A stretch of 64,000 nucleotides of DNA from an uncultured Acidobacteriota bacterium. Lineage in GTDB: Bacteria > Acidobacteriota > Thermoanaerobaculia > Gp7-AA8. Shown piece by piece: positions 1 through 9,600 of the stretch; within the stretch, counting starts at the first letter, position 1; the number at the start of each line of letters is the position of its first letter. The DNA is taken from NCBI GenBank assembly GCA_963741955.1, contig CAVUKB010000009.1, positions 32,001 to 96,000 of the forward strand. The letters are read 5' to 3'. The notes below the pieces were generated by a model. It ran no database searches. It had not been told where the DNA came from and saw nothing but the letters and a program-made list of their open reading frames with translations. The position numbers and the translations under genes were made by a program.

Positions 1-262
1 TGCCGTCTGCGTTTCCGTCCGGGAGCTGAAACACCGGATTCGAACCGGACGGGAAATCCTTCGAGAAAACTCCCTCGGGTCCGCTCACGGTCAGTACCAC
101 TCCATCGTTGTTGCCGGTGGGTTGCCACTCGACCTGAGTGGGACTGACCCTCATGTGTGCGATCGACTCATTCTGGTTGTCTCCGGCGAACGCCGCGGCA
201 ACCATCGTGGCCGAAACGAGAGAGAAGATCAGGAAAACGCGGGTGAAACGGTGCCTCTTCAT
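1..262 (-). CDS. Secreted hypothetical protein, 5' part only (runs off window edge)
   Basis: Not in ORF track. Manual translation from ATG at 262: MKRHRFTRVFLIFSLVSATMVAAAFAGDNQNES...; basic/hydrophobic/AFA signal peptide, upstream RBS GAGGAGG, open to base 1. Confidence 0.7.
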   Translation of the reverse strand, partial: MKRHRFTRVFLIFSLVSATMVAAAFAGDNQNESIAHMRVSPTQVEWQPTGNNDGVVLTVSGPEGVFSKDFPSGSNPVFQLPDGNADG

Positions 263-502
263 CGAACCTCCTCTGCGAGCAAGGTACTCCTCGAAACTAC
301 TCAAGTGTCGCCTCTTCGCATTGTGACCGAAGGACATACTGTACCATGGCCCTCGGAGTGAGTCACTCAATTCGATTCTCGTGAGCTCGGTAGTGCAGAG
401 GAGGGGGCAGCAACTCTTGCCGCTGTTACAATTCGGTCCGGAGAGGGCTCCGACTTCGGCGAATCTCGAGTCGAACGCCGGAGATCGAACGTTCCGCATT
501 CC

Positions 503-1135
503 ATGATCAGCCATCGGAATATCACGCGGCATCCGGGCCGAGTGGAGCCGGAAGAGCGAGAGCAGCTCCTCCGCCAGAGCGGATCTGTCGTCTGGTTGAC
601 CGGTCTATCCGGCTCCGGGAAATCGACGATCGCGCGGGTGGTGGAGGAGCGGCTCGTCGCGGAAGGCCATCTCACCTACGTCCTCGACGGCGACAACATC
701 CGGCATGGCCTGAACGCCGACCTCGGCTTCTCGGATGCGGACCGGCAGGAGAACATCCGCCGGATCGGCGAAGTGGCGGCGCTCTTCGCGGATGCGGGCG
801 TGATCACGCTGACTGCATTCATCTCGCCGTTTCGGGCGGATCGCGACCGCGTCCGCGCGATCCTCCCATCCGGCCGCTTCCTCGAGGTCTTCGTCGACTC
901 ACCACTCGCGACGTGTGAGACTCGCGATCCGAAGGGACTCTACCGTCGCGCGCGCGCCGGTGACATCGAAGAGTTCACCGGGATCTCCAGCCCCTACGAG
1001 CCGCCCCTCAATCCGGAGGTCACTCTGCCGACTGGAACCGCGACGATCGACGAATGCGTCGAGATCCTGATGAAAGCGCTGCTCGATCGCGGTATCCTCT
1101 CCCCTCCGTCCGCCGAAGGATCCGAACCACGATGA
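503..1135 (+). CDS. cysC: Adenylylsulfate (APS) kinase
   Basis: [16 protein letters not shown]-loop, [28 protein letters not shown]. Confidence 0.96.
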   Translation: MISHRNITRHPGRVEPEEREQLLRQSGSVVWLTGLSGSGKSTIARVVEERLVAEGHLTYVLDGDNIRHGLNADLGFSDADRQENIRRIGEVAALFADAGVITLTAFISPFRADRDRVRAILPSGRFLEVFVDSPLATCETRDPKGLYRRARAGDIEEFTGISSPYEPPLNPEVTLPTGTATIDECVEILMKALLDRGILSPPSAEGSEPR

Positions 1136-2040
1136 ACCATTACCTCCTCTCCCATCTCCGCCAGCTCGAGGCCGAGAGCGTCTTCATCATGCGCGAGGTC
1201 GTTGCCGAGTTCTCGAAACCGGTCATGCTCTACTCGATCGGGAAGGACTCTTCGGTGATGCTGCAGCTCGCGCGGAAGGCGTTCGCTCCGGCGCGGCTCC
1301 CGTTTCCCGTCCTTCACATCGATACCACCTGGAAATTCCGCGAGATGATCGCGTTCCGCGAACGGGTCGCGCGCGAGCTCGAGCTCGATCTCCTGGTCTG
1401 GACGAACCCCGAGGGAGTGAAGCAGAACGTCAATCCGTTCGACTTCGGGACTCAGCGGTACACGCACATCATGAAGACGGAGGCGCTCAAACAGGCGCTC
1501 GATCACTACGGCTTCGATGCGGCATTCGGTGGGGCGCGGCGGGACGAAGAGCGGAGCCGGGCGAAGGAGCGGGTCTTCTCGTTCCGTGATCGTTTCCACC
1601 AATGGGACCCGAAGAACCAGCGCCCGGAGATCTGGAATCTCTACAACAGCCGGGTGAGCAAGGGAGAGTCGATCCGCGTCTTTCCTCTCTCGAACTGGAC
1701 GGAGCTCGACATCTGGCTCTACATCCACGTCGAGAAGATCCCGATCGTTCCGCTCTATCTCGCCGCGGAGCGTCCGGTCGTCGAGCGCGATGGAGCACTG
1801 ATCATGGTCGACGATGACCGGATGCGCCTCGAACCGGGCGAAGTCCCACAGCAGCGGCTGGTGCGATTCCGCACTCTCGGATGTTACCCGCTCACCGGCG
1901 CGATCGAGTCGGATGCCGATTCCGTCCCGATGATCGTCGACGAGATGCTGCGCGCCCGGACTTCCGAGCGGGAGGGGCGGGTGATCGACTACGACGAATC
2001 GGGATCGATGGAAGAGAAGAAACGGGAGGGATACTTCTAG
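1132..2040 (+). CDS. cysD: Sulfate adenylyltransferase subunit 2
   Basis: YSIGKDS PP-loop, [22 protein letters not shown]-terminal KKREGYF; ATGA overlap with cysC. Confidence 0.96.
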   Translation: MNHYLLSHLRQLEAESVFIMREVVAEFSKPVMLYSIGKDSSVMLQLARKAFAPARLPFPVLHIDTTWKFREMIAFRERVARELELDLLVWTNPEGVKQNVNPFDFGTQRYTHIMKTEALKQALDHYGFDAAFGGARRDEERSRAKERVFSFRDRFHQWDPKNQRPEIWNLYNSRVSKGESIRVFPLSNWTELDIWLYIHVEKIPIVPLYLAAERPVVERDGALIMVDDDRMRLEPGEVPQQRLVRFRTLGCYPLTGAIESDADSVPMIVDEMLRARTSEREGRVIDYDESGSMEEKKREGYF

Positions 2041-3692
2041 TGTCGTCGGTACCCGCCTCGCGCGAGCGCGCGGTCGAAGAATTCCTCCAGCAGTACGGAA
2101 AGCGGGATCTCCTCCGGTTCCTCACCTGCGGAAGCGTGGACGACGGGAAGTCGACTCTGATCGGCCGCCTGTTGCACGACTCGCAGATGATCTACGACGA
2201 TCAGCTGGCAGCCGTGAAACGGGCGAGCGTGAAGCACGGGACGACCGGAGGCGAGATCGATCTCGCGCTCCTCGTCGACGGACTTCAGGCGGAACGTGAG
2301 CAGGGGATCACGATCGACGTCGCCTACCGCTATTTCTCGACCAGTCGCCGCAAGTTCATCATCGCCGATACGCCGGGACACGAGCAGTACACCAGGAACA
2401 TGGCGACCGGCGCATCGACGTGCAATCTTGCAGTCATTCTCGTCGACGCGGAGAAGGGAATCCTTCCCCAGACGCGGCGGCATTCGTTCATTTCCTCCCT
2501 TCTCGGCATCCGGCATCTGGTCGTCGCGGTCAACAAGATGGATCTGGTGGAGTACTCCGAATCACGGTTCGAAGAGATCCGCGACGCGTTCACGGAATTC
2601 GCGGCGAAGCTGCAGGTGAGCGACGTCTACTTCATTCCGATGTCGGCACTGAACGGAGAGAATGTCGTTCATCGCGGAGAGCGGATGCCGTGGTACGAGG
2701 GAAGTCCGCTCCTCGATTATCTCGAGACGGTGCACATCGCGAGCGACCGCAACCTGATCGACTTCCGGCTGCCGGTGCAGCTCGTGACGCGTCCCGACTC
2801 GAGCTTCCGTGGGTACGCGGGAACAGTGGCATCCGGCATCGTTCGAAAAGGCGACGATGTGGTCATCCTTCCGTCGAAGCGCCGGACGAAGGTCGCGTCG
2901 ATCCACGGCGTCGATGGGGAAGTCGAGGAGGCGTTCGCGTCGCTTCCGGTGACGGTGACTCTCGTGGACGAGGTGGACGTGAGCCGGGGTGACACGCTGG
3001 TGCATCCGAACAACGTCCCCAAAGTGGATCGTGAGCTCGAGGCGATGGTGGTCTGGATGCATGAGGCTCCGCTGGCGCCTGGACGGGAGTACCTGCTGAA
3101 GCAGACGACCGTACTGACGTCTGCCAGGATCACGGCGCTCCGTTACCGGATGAATGTGAACTCGCTTCATCGAGAGGCGGCCCGGGAGCTGTCACTGAAC
3201 GAGATCGGAAGGGTCCGGCTGGAGACGCCGCGGCTGCTGGCTTTCGACCCCTACTCGAAGAATCGATCCACGGGGGCATTCATCCTGATCGACCGGATCA
3301 CGAACGCCACGGTGGCCGCGGGTATGATCCTCGACCTCGATGCGACGGAGACGAGCCGGGGAATGGAAGCGCCGTCCCGCGCGGCCGGGGCAGTAACGCC
3401 GGAGGATCGGGCGGCGCGTCTCCGGCAGCGGGGAGTCACGATCCGGACGGTGGGGTCGCGAGAGTTTGCAGTGGATCTCGAGCGGGCGTTGTTCGATCTC
3501 GGATACGTGGCGATGCTGGTCGAGAAGGCGACGGAGGCGCGGCTCCTGAATCGGGCGGGGGTGATCGCGATCGTCGAGGAGGAGATGCCGGACGCAATCG
3601 TGGCGCGCGAGACGGGAGACGCGAAGCGTGGATCGGACGGAAAGGCGCGGCGGATCGCAGAGGAGCTGGAGAGGGAAGGGAAGTTGCGGTAA
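2040..3692 (+). CDS. cysN: Sulfate adenylyltransferase subunit 1 (GTPase) with degenerate C-terminal APS-kinase remnant
   Basis: [39 protein letters not shown]; GTG start overlapping cysD stop. Confidence 0.94.
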   Translation: MSSVPASRERAVEEFLQQYGKRDLLRFLTCGSVDDGKSTLIGRLLHDSQMIYDDQLAAVKRASVKHGTTGGEIDLALLVDGLQAEREQGITIDVAYRYFSTSRRKFIIADTPGHEQYTRNMATGASTCNLAVILVDAEKGILPQTRRHSFISSLLGIRHLVVAVNKMDLVEYSESRFEEIRDAFTEFAAKLQVSDVYFIPMSALNGENVVHRGERMPWYEGSPLLDYLETVHIASDRNLIDFRLPVQLVTRPDSSFRGYAGTVASGIVRKGDDVVILPSKRRTKVASIHGVDGEVEEAFASLPVTVTLVDEVDVSRGDTLVHPNNVPKVDRELEAMVVWMHEAPLAPGREYLLKQTTVLTSARITALRYRMNVNSLHREAARELSLNEIGRVRLETPRLLAFDPYSKNRSTGAFILIDRITNATVAAGMILDLDATETSRGMEAPSRAAGAVTPEDRAARLRQRGVTIRTVGSREFAVDLERALFDLGYVAMLVEKATEARLLNRAGVIAIVEEEMPDAIVARETGDAKRGSDGKARRIAEELEREGKLR

Positions 3693-3771
3693 GTCAGGCG
3701 GGCCCGGTGGTCCTGCGATGTGTTGAGTCTGATCGAGCCCGAGGAAATCTTCGGGCTCGAAGTGTTTCCGG

Positions 3772-4612
3772 GTGGTGCGACCGTCCCGGTCGCACGCTAG
3801 CACGTTTAGCACTACCCCAAGTGGTGCGACCGTCCCGGTCGCATCGCGCCATCTGGGACCGGGACGATTGCGGCAGTTGCGACCGAGACGGTCGCACCAC
3901 CTGGGACCGGGACGATTGCGGCAGTTGCGACCGAGACGGTCGCGCCATCTGGGACCGGGACGATTGCGGCAGTTGCGACCGAGACGGTCGCACCACCTGG
4001 GACCGGGACGATTGCGGCAGTTGCGACCGAGACGGTCGCGCCATCTGGGACCGGGACGATTGCGGCAGTTGCGACCGAGACGGTCGCACCACCTGGGACC
4101 GGGACGATTGCGGCAGTTGCGAGCGAGACGGTCGCACCACCTGGGACCGGGACGATTGCGGCAGTTGCGACCGAGACGGTCGCACCACCTGGGACCGGGA
4201 CGATTGCGGCAGTTGCGACCGAGACGGTCGCGCCATCTGGGACCGGGACGATTGCGGCAGTTGCGACCGAGACGGTCGAACCACCTGGGACCGGGACGAT
4301 TGCGGCAGTTGCGACCGAGACGGTCGCACCACCTGGGACCGGGACGATTGCGGCAGTTGCGACCGAGACGGTCGCGCCATCTGGGACCGGGACGATCCAC
4401 GGCAGTTGCGACCGAGACGGTCGCACCACCTGGGACCGGGACGATTGCGGCAGTTGCGACCGAGACGGTCGCGCCATCTGGGACCGGGACGATTGCGGCA
4501 GTTGCGACCGAGACGGTCGCACCACCTGGGACCGGGACGATTGCGGCAGTTGCGACCGAGACGGTCGCACCACCTGGGACCGGGACGATTGCGGCAGCTG
4601 GGACCGGGCGCA
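3772..4612. repeat. REP family A tandem array: 2 forward REPs, then 15 reverse REPs in 48-bp units
   Basis: Unit GCGACCGAGACGGTCGCACCACCTGGGACCGGGACGATTGCGGCAGTT at 3879, 3927, ... 4359, then 4408 ... 4552; hairpin GCGACCG-N3-CGGTCGC; lies between convergent cysN and SLC13 gene. Confidence 0.95.
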
Positions 4613-4638
4613 CCACCCGGCGGCGATAGTCGTGGCGG

Positions 4639-6423
4639 TCACATCCAGAGCGCGGCGATGAGCGGGATCGCGATGGCGGCAGCGATGAAGTCGAGCGGCA
4701 GACCGACTTTCAGGAAATCGCGAAACCGGTAGCCTCCCGGCCCGAGGACCATCATGTAGGTCTGGTAACCGATCGGAAGAGCGAAACCGGCAGAGGCGGC
4801 GATCGCGACGGCGAGCGCGAAGGGTCGCGCATCTGCCCCCACTGCCGCGGCTGCGGAGACGGCGATCGGAAAGACGAGCACCGCCGCCGCGTTGTTCGTC
4901 AGAATCTCCGTCAGGATGACGGTCGCGACATAGACGGCGGCGAGGACGGCGATCGGTCCCCACGCGCTGACGCCGTGGACCAGGAGCTTCGCGATGGCGT
5001 CCGCGAGACCACTCGTTTCCAGGGCCCTCGCCACACCGAAGCCGGCAGCAATGGTGATCAGGACGGAGAGATCGAGGCTCCGGCGTGCGTCCGTTCCGGA
5101 GATCCCGCGGATTGCGATCATGATCAGCGCTCCCGCGAATACGGCGATAGTGAGCGGAACGACGCCGGTGGCGATCGCTGCGACCATTGCCAGGAGCGTG
5201 ATCAGAACGGCCGGAGCGCGCCGCGTCGCGCGCAGCCCGTTTCGCTCCAGTGGTGCGACGAGATAGAAATCTCCGCTCGACATCGCGCGCTGCTCGAAGG
5301 AAGGACGCGCTTCGACCAGGAGGAGGTCGCCTGCCTGCAGATCGGCCCGGCCGAGAAGACCCTCCAGCGCCCTTCCTTCACGCTGAATCCCGAGGACCAC
5401 ACCCTGGTAGCGCTCGCGAAATTCGATCTCCTTGAGGCTGTGGCCGACGAGCGGCGAGTGGGCCGCCACGACCGCTTCGAAGAGGGGAAGCGATTCGTCC
5501 GGTTCGTCGGAAGGGGGAGTCACGACGCGTGTCAGCGCACCGCTCTGGAGCAGCTCGTCGACGTGCTGGGGATTCCCGACGAACCCGAGCACGTCTTCGC
5601 CATGCAGTTGCTGCTGCGGTCCGACGATGTTGATGCGCTCTCCGCCGCGATGGATGTGCGCGAGAAAGGCTCCGCGGAGAGAGCGAAGCCCCGCCTCTTC
5701 AATGGTGAGTCCCGAAATTGGCGAGATCGCGGGTACCTTCAGCTCGAAGTGGTACGCGCGCCATTCGGCGCGTGTGGACCTGCGCTGGTCGACGCGGTCC
5801 GGGAGGAGCCTGTGCCCGATCAGGAGGAAGTAGAGAATGCCACCGACCGCGATTGCGACTCCGACCGGGGTCAGGGAGAAGAGCGACAGCGGAGCCATCC
5901 CGTTGGCGACCAGCAGCCCCGATACCACGAGATTGGTCGATGTTCCGATGAGGGTGATCATGCCACCCATCGTCGTCGCGTAGGCGAGGGGAATCAGAAG
6001 CTTCGATGGCGCGATGCCGGCGCGGCTCGCACGGTCCTGGACCGTCGGCGCGAGGATCGCCACGATGGGAGTGTTGTTCATGACACTCGAGAGGATCGCC
6101 GACGATGCCATGACCCGAAAAATCGCCGCGCGCAGACCTCCGGATGTCGGTGTCAGCAGGCGGTCGACGTATGCAAGCGTGCCGCTGTTCCGCACCGCCC
6201 CTGCCACGATGAAGAGGCCGGCCACCGCGAGGAGAGCCTGGTTGGAGAAGCCTGCAAGGGCATCCCGCGGAGTGACGACGCCAGTGAGGGCAAGGATTAC
6301 CAGGCCGGCGAGCATCACCAAATCGGGAGGGGCGATCTCGAGGACGAGCACGACGAGAATCGCGACGACCACCGCAAGCGTCAGCCACGCCTGCCAGCCG
6401 AGAAGGAGGAGCGTCTCAACCAT
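4639..6423 (-). CDS. SLC13/DASS family permease with two TrkA-C domains (putative sulfate transporter)
   Basis: MNNTPIV, TLIGTSTNLVV, TNNAAAVLVFPI, PIGYQTYMMV motifs; many TM helices; cys context. Confidence 0.9.
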   Translation of the reverse strand: MVETLLLLGWQAWLTLAVVVAILVVLVLEIAPPDLVMLAGLVILALTGVVTPRDALAGFSNQALLAVAGLFIVAGAVRNSGTLAYVDRLLTPTSGGLRAAIFRVMASSAILSSVMNNTPIVAILAPTVQDRASRAGIAPSKLLIPLAYATTMGGMITLIGTSTNLVVSGLLVANGMAPLSLFSLTPVGVAIAVGGILYFLLIGHRLLPDRVDQRRSTRAEWRAYHFELKVPAISPISGLTIEEAGLRSLRGAFLAHIHRGGERINIVGPQQQLHGEDVLGFVGNPQHVDELLQSGALTRVVTPPSDEPDESLPLFEAVVAAHSPLVGHSLKEIEFRERYQGVVLGIQREGRALEGLLGRADLQAGDLLLVEARPSFEQRAMSSGDFYLVAPLERNGLRATRRAPAVLITLLAMVAAIATGVVPLTIAVFAGALIMIAIRGISGTDARRSLDLSVLITIAAGFGVARALETSGLADAIAKLLVHGVSAWGPIAVLAAVYVATVILTEILTNNAAAVLVFPIAVSAAAAVGADARPFALAVAIAASAGFALPIGYQTYMMVLGPGGYRFRDFLKVGLPLDFIAAAIAIPLIAALWM

Positions 6424-7213
6424 GGCTCTGCAGGTGATCGAGGATCTGCCGTGCGACTGAAGGATCTCGAACCACGAGGAACGACGGATTGCGGAGGTTC
6501 TCCTTCGCATACCGCAGGGGCTGACCCCCGAGGTCGGTGACCCGGCAGCCGGCGCGCTCAGCGACGCACTGGGCGGCGGCGGTGTCCCACTCCATCGTCG
6601 TCCCGACGCGGAGGTAGGCGTCGGCAACATCCTCCGCGACCATGCAGAATTTGAGAGAGCTGCCGCGCGGGACGGGCTGGATGTTCTCGAGGGTCTCGAT
6701 CAGTTGCGATTCCTCTGTAGTGAGATGATCGCGGCTGACGGCGAGGCGGAGAGGGCGATCCATTATACGTATTGCTGGAGGTTCGAGGAGCGCGGCCCGT
6801 CCGGATTCGTCGATTGCAACGGTGCCCGTCTTCGAGCTCGCGCACCAGCTCCGGTTCAGCGCGGGCGCGTGGACGACGCCGAGGACGGCTGCACCGTTCT
6901 CGATCAACGCGATGTTCACGGTGAATTCTCCGCTCGCTTTCAGGAGCTCTTTCGTTCCGTCGAGGGGATCGACGAGCCAGAAGACGCCCGCGTGCCGGCG
7001 GTGGCTCTCTGCGTCTTCCTCCGAGACGATCGGATGCTCCGAGATGCGTTGCAGGGATTCGCGGATCAGTGTATCCGCGGCGGCGTCGGCAGCGGTAACC
7101 GGTGAGCCATCCGCTTTGGTCGACGTCCACGTGTCGCGGATCTCGAGGATCGCGCGGCCGGCGTCCTCGGCGATGCGGCGGATCGGGTCGATCAATTCGT
7201 GGAGTCGGTCCAT
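6416..7213 (-). CDS. cysQ: 3'(2'),5'-bisphosphate nucleotidase
   Basis: KADGSPVTAAD, WLVDPLDGTKE, GSSLKFC, TMEWDTAAAQ. Confidence 0.93.
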   Translation of the reverse strand: MDRLHELIDPIRRIAEDAGRAILEIRDTWTSTKADGSPVTAADAAADTLIRESLQRISEHPIVSEEDAESHRRHAGVFWLVDPLDGTKELLKASGEFTVNIALIENGAAVLGVVHAPALNRSWCASSKTGTVAIDESGRAALLEPPAIRIMDRPLRLAVSRDHLTTEESQLIETLENIQPVPRGSSLKFCMVAEDVADAYLRVGTTMEWDTAAAQCVAERAGCRVTDLGGQPLRYAKENLRNPSFLVVRDPSVARQILDHLQSHG

Positions 7214-7268
7214 GCGGGGTTTATGAATCTCAGCCGAACGATACCGTAAAGGGGCGGAGTGAGAAAGA

Positions 7269-7645
7269 GTGGCGCGACCTCCGGGGTGGAGTGGCGCGAC
7301 CTCCGGGGTGGAGTGGCGCGACCGTCTCGGTCGCTGGGGGGGCGGGGGTATGGTGAGTTCTGCATTGACGTGAGGGAGGGGAAGGGGCCGCTCGCTGCGC
7401 TCGCGGTTGCGACCGGGACGGTCGCACCACGCGGCGGGGGAGAGGTGGTGAGTTCTGTATCGATGTGAAGGAGAGGAGAGAGGGGCCGCTCGCTGCGCTC
7501 GCGGTTGCGACCGAGAAACATTGCGACCGAGACGGTCGCACCACCCGCAGGAGGGGATGGTTGCACCACGCGGCGACCGAGACGGTCGCACCACCCGCAG
7601 GAGGGGATGGTTGCACCACGCGGCGACCGAGACGGTCGCACCACA
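7269..7645. repeat. REP family A cluster upstream of RAYT (REP doublets)
   Basis: Multiple GTGG(C/T)GCGACCGTCTCGGTCGC copies in both orientations, with repeated linker GGTGAGTTCTG...GCTCGCTGCGCTCGCGGTT. Confidence 0.9.
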
Positions 7646-7721
7646 CGGGGGGGACGGTCGGGGATTCTACGAGGAGTAGAGACTCTTGTGTGACGCCGGA
7701 AGGCCGAGGTAGCCTCGAGTC

Positions 7722-8389
7722 ATGCTGGTGCGCTATGTGTACGACGATCTTCGCGTCACGTGTCACGGGAGGCTGCCTCGCTACGACGCGCGTCTCGGTC
7801 TCTATTTCATCACCGCGCGGCTCGCGGATTCCCTCCCGCGTCACGTCGAAGAACGTCTGAACGCGAAGCGAACGGAGATGTTGCGCAGCGCGGACAGAAC
7901 CGATCCCGACGCAAACATTGCGATCAATCGCCGGATTCGATTTCTGGCGGAGAAGGAGCTCGACCGCGGTGCCGGATCCTGTTATCTCCGGCGGGACGAC
8001 GTCGCTGCCCTCGTTCTGAGCGCCCTCCGCTTTTTCGATGAGATCCGGTACCGGCTTCTCGTCTGGTCGATCATGCCCAGCCATTTCCACGTGATCCTCA
8101 GGCTCCTCGGCGATTCACGACTCGCCGCCGTTCTTCAGTCGCTGCAATCGTATTCATCACACGAGATCGGTCGACTCCCCGGTTGCTCCGAGTTTCGATG
8201 GCAAAAGGGGTGCTACGACAGCGTGATGCGGGACTCGCGGCAGCTCGAGCGCGCAGCGCGCTACGTCCTCGACAATCCGGCGAAAGCCGCATCGCCAGTT
8301 CGCGCTGGACCGGCTGCAACGAATCCGCTCTCGCGGCCGAGCTTTCCGGTTGGGCCTCTCCAGTCCCGGCGCGGCTGGCGTCGAAGTGA
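7722..8389 (+). mobile_element. REP-associated tyrosine (HUH/Y1, RAYT-like) transposase, probable 1-bp frameshift near 8289
   Basis: GRLPRY..YFITARLADSLP, IMPSHFHVIL (HUH), WQKGCYDSVMRD, YVLDNPAKA; flanked on both sides by REP clusters. Confidence 0.85.
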
Positions 8390-8423
8390 ACGCGCGCAGA
8401 CTCGGGACGTTGCCGGAGCACGG

Positions 8424-8864
8424 GTGGCGCGACCGTCTCGGTGGAGTGGTGCGACCGTCTCGGTCGCAGGCGGGAGGTACGGTGAGTCGTGTGGTGCGAC
8501 CGTCTCGGTCGCGGAAGGGCGGCGGTGTGGTGAGTTCTGCCGTGATGTTGAGGGAGAGGGGAAGGAGGCGCTCGCTGCGCTCGCGGTTGCGACCGAGAAG
8601 CCTTGCGACCGGGACGGTCGCACCACGCGTGCGAGGGGACGGCTGCACCGCGCGGCGACCGGGACGGTCGCACCACGCGTGGGAGGTATGGTGAGTTTTG
8701 TATCGACGTGGGGGAGAGGGGAAGGGGCCGCTCGCTGCGCTCGCGGTTGCGACCGGGACGGTCGCACCACACGGCCGGGGTATGGTGAGTTCTGTATCGA
8801 CGTGAGGGAGAGGGGAAGGAGGCGCTCGCTGCGCTCGCGGTTGCGACCGAGACGGTCGCATCAC
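8424..8864. repeat. REP family A cluster downstream of RAYT
   Basis: Same palindrome and linker as 7269-7645: forward copies at ~8424-8512, reverse copies to ~8864. Confidence 0.9.
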
Positions 8865-8957
8865 ACGTGGGAGGGACGGTCCCTCCACACGGAGACCGTT
8901 GAACGGAGGGCGCAATCGGTGGAGCGATTGTGCTGTTCAGGTGGGGGGAGTGCTGCG

Positions 8958-9512
8958 ATGAAGAGAGTCACGCTCATGCTTTTCTTTCTGCTGATGCCAC
9001 TGGGTGCGTTTGCGCAGGCGCCCTCGGTGAAGATTGGCGGAGAGGAGATCGTGCCGAAGGGACTGATCTTCGGCGATGCGGACCCGAAGAGCCGGGTGAC
9101 GGCCGAGGGGAAGCTGGCGGACGGATGTGGGTGGACGCTCACGGTCGAGACGCGCTTCGCAGCAAAGGAGCTCGAGAAACGCTGCGTACTCGACTACCGG
9201 AAGACGACGGTGGTTCTCACGAGAAAATGCCGCAAGCCCGCACAACCAGAGCCGACGCAGTCTGAACGGGTCACTACGGCGCCGAAGAGCCGCTGTCCGG
9301 ACGAGAACGGAGACGTTCCGGAACCGGATCTGGAAACGAAGCCGGTCAGCTCCGGACGGACCCCGGACGGGAAATATCAGACAATCGTCGTTCAGCCGGA
9401 CGGCTCACGCCTGACGCTCTCGTCGGACGGCGATCTCGTCCAGGTGACGGTGCGCTACCCCGATGCGACCGGGGATGTGCTGAGGATCAGCGCGGCGAAA
9501 GAGAAGAAGTAA
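8958..9512 (+). CDS. Secreted hypothetical protein
   Basis: MKRVTLMLFFLLMPLGAFAQ signal peptide, RBS GGGGAG; 4 Cys. Confidence 0.75.
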   Translation: MKRVTLMLFFLLMPLGAFAQAPSVKIGGEEIVPKGLIFGDADPKSRVTAEGKLADGCGWTLTVETRFAAKELEKRCVLDYRKTTVVLTRKCRKPAQPEPTQSERVTTAPKSRCPDENGDVPEPDLETKPVSSGRTPDGKYQTIVVQPDGSRLTLSSDGDLVQVTVRYPDATGDVLRISAAKEKK

Positions 9513-9600
9513 GTCTGTCTGTTCTTTCACGTCCGCGCGTTTGTTCGCGGCCACGAGATGTCGCTCTCCGGGTTCACCTCGTGGCGATCTGCGGAAGGGC

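Noticed and set aside
322-337. Crp-type box TGTGACCGAAGGACAT upstream of cysC
   Set aside because: Right half-site is poor; could be chance.
3846-4612. CRISPR array
   Set aside because: Inter-palindrome sequences are identical rather than unique spacers; no cas genes; the palindrome matches the REPs flanking the transposase.
3192-4963. Long repetitive ORFs on both strands (ATETVAPPGTG..., DRDDCGSC...)
   Set aside because: By-products of a stop-free 48-bp unit open in all frames; no RBS or start context.
7722-9512. 596-aa transposase-secreted protein fusion
   Set aside because: Middle part is translated REP DNA; the 8958 ORF has its own RBS and signal peptide.
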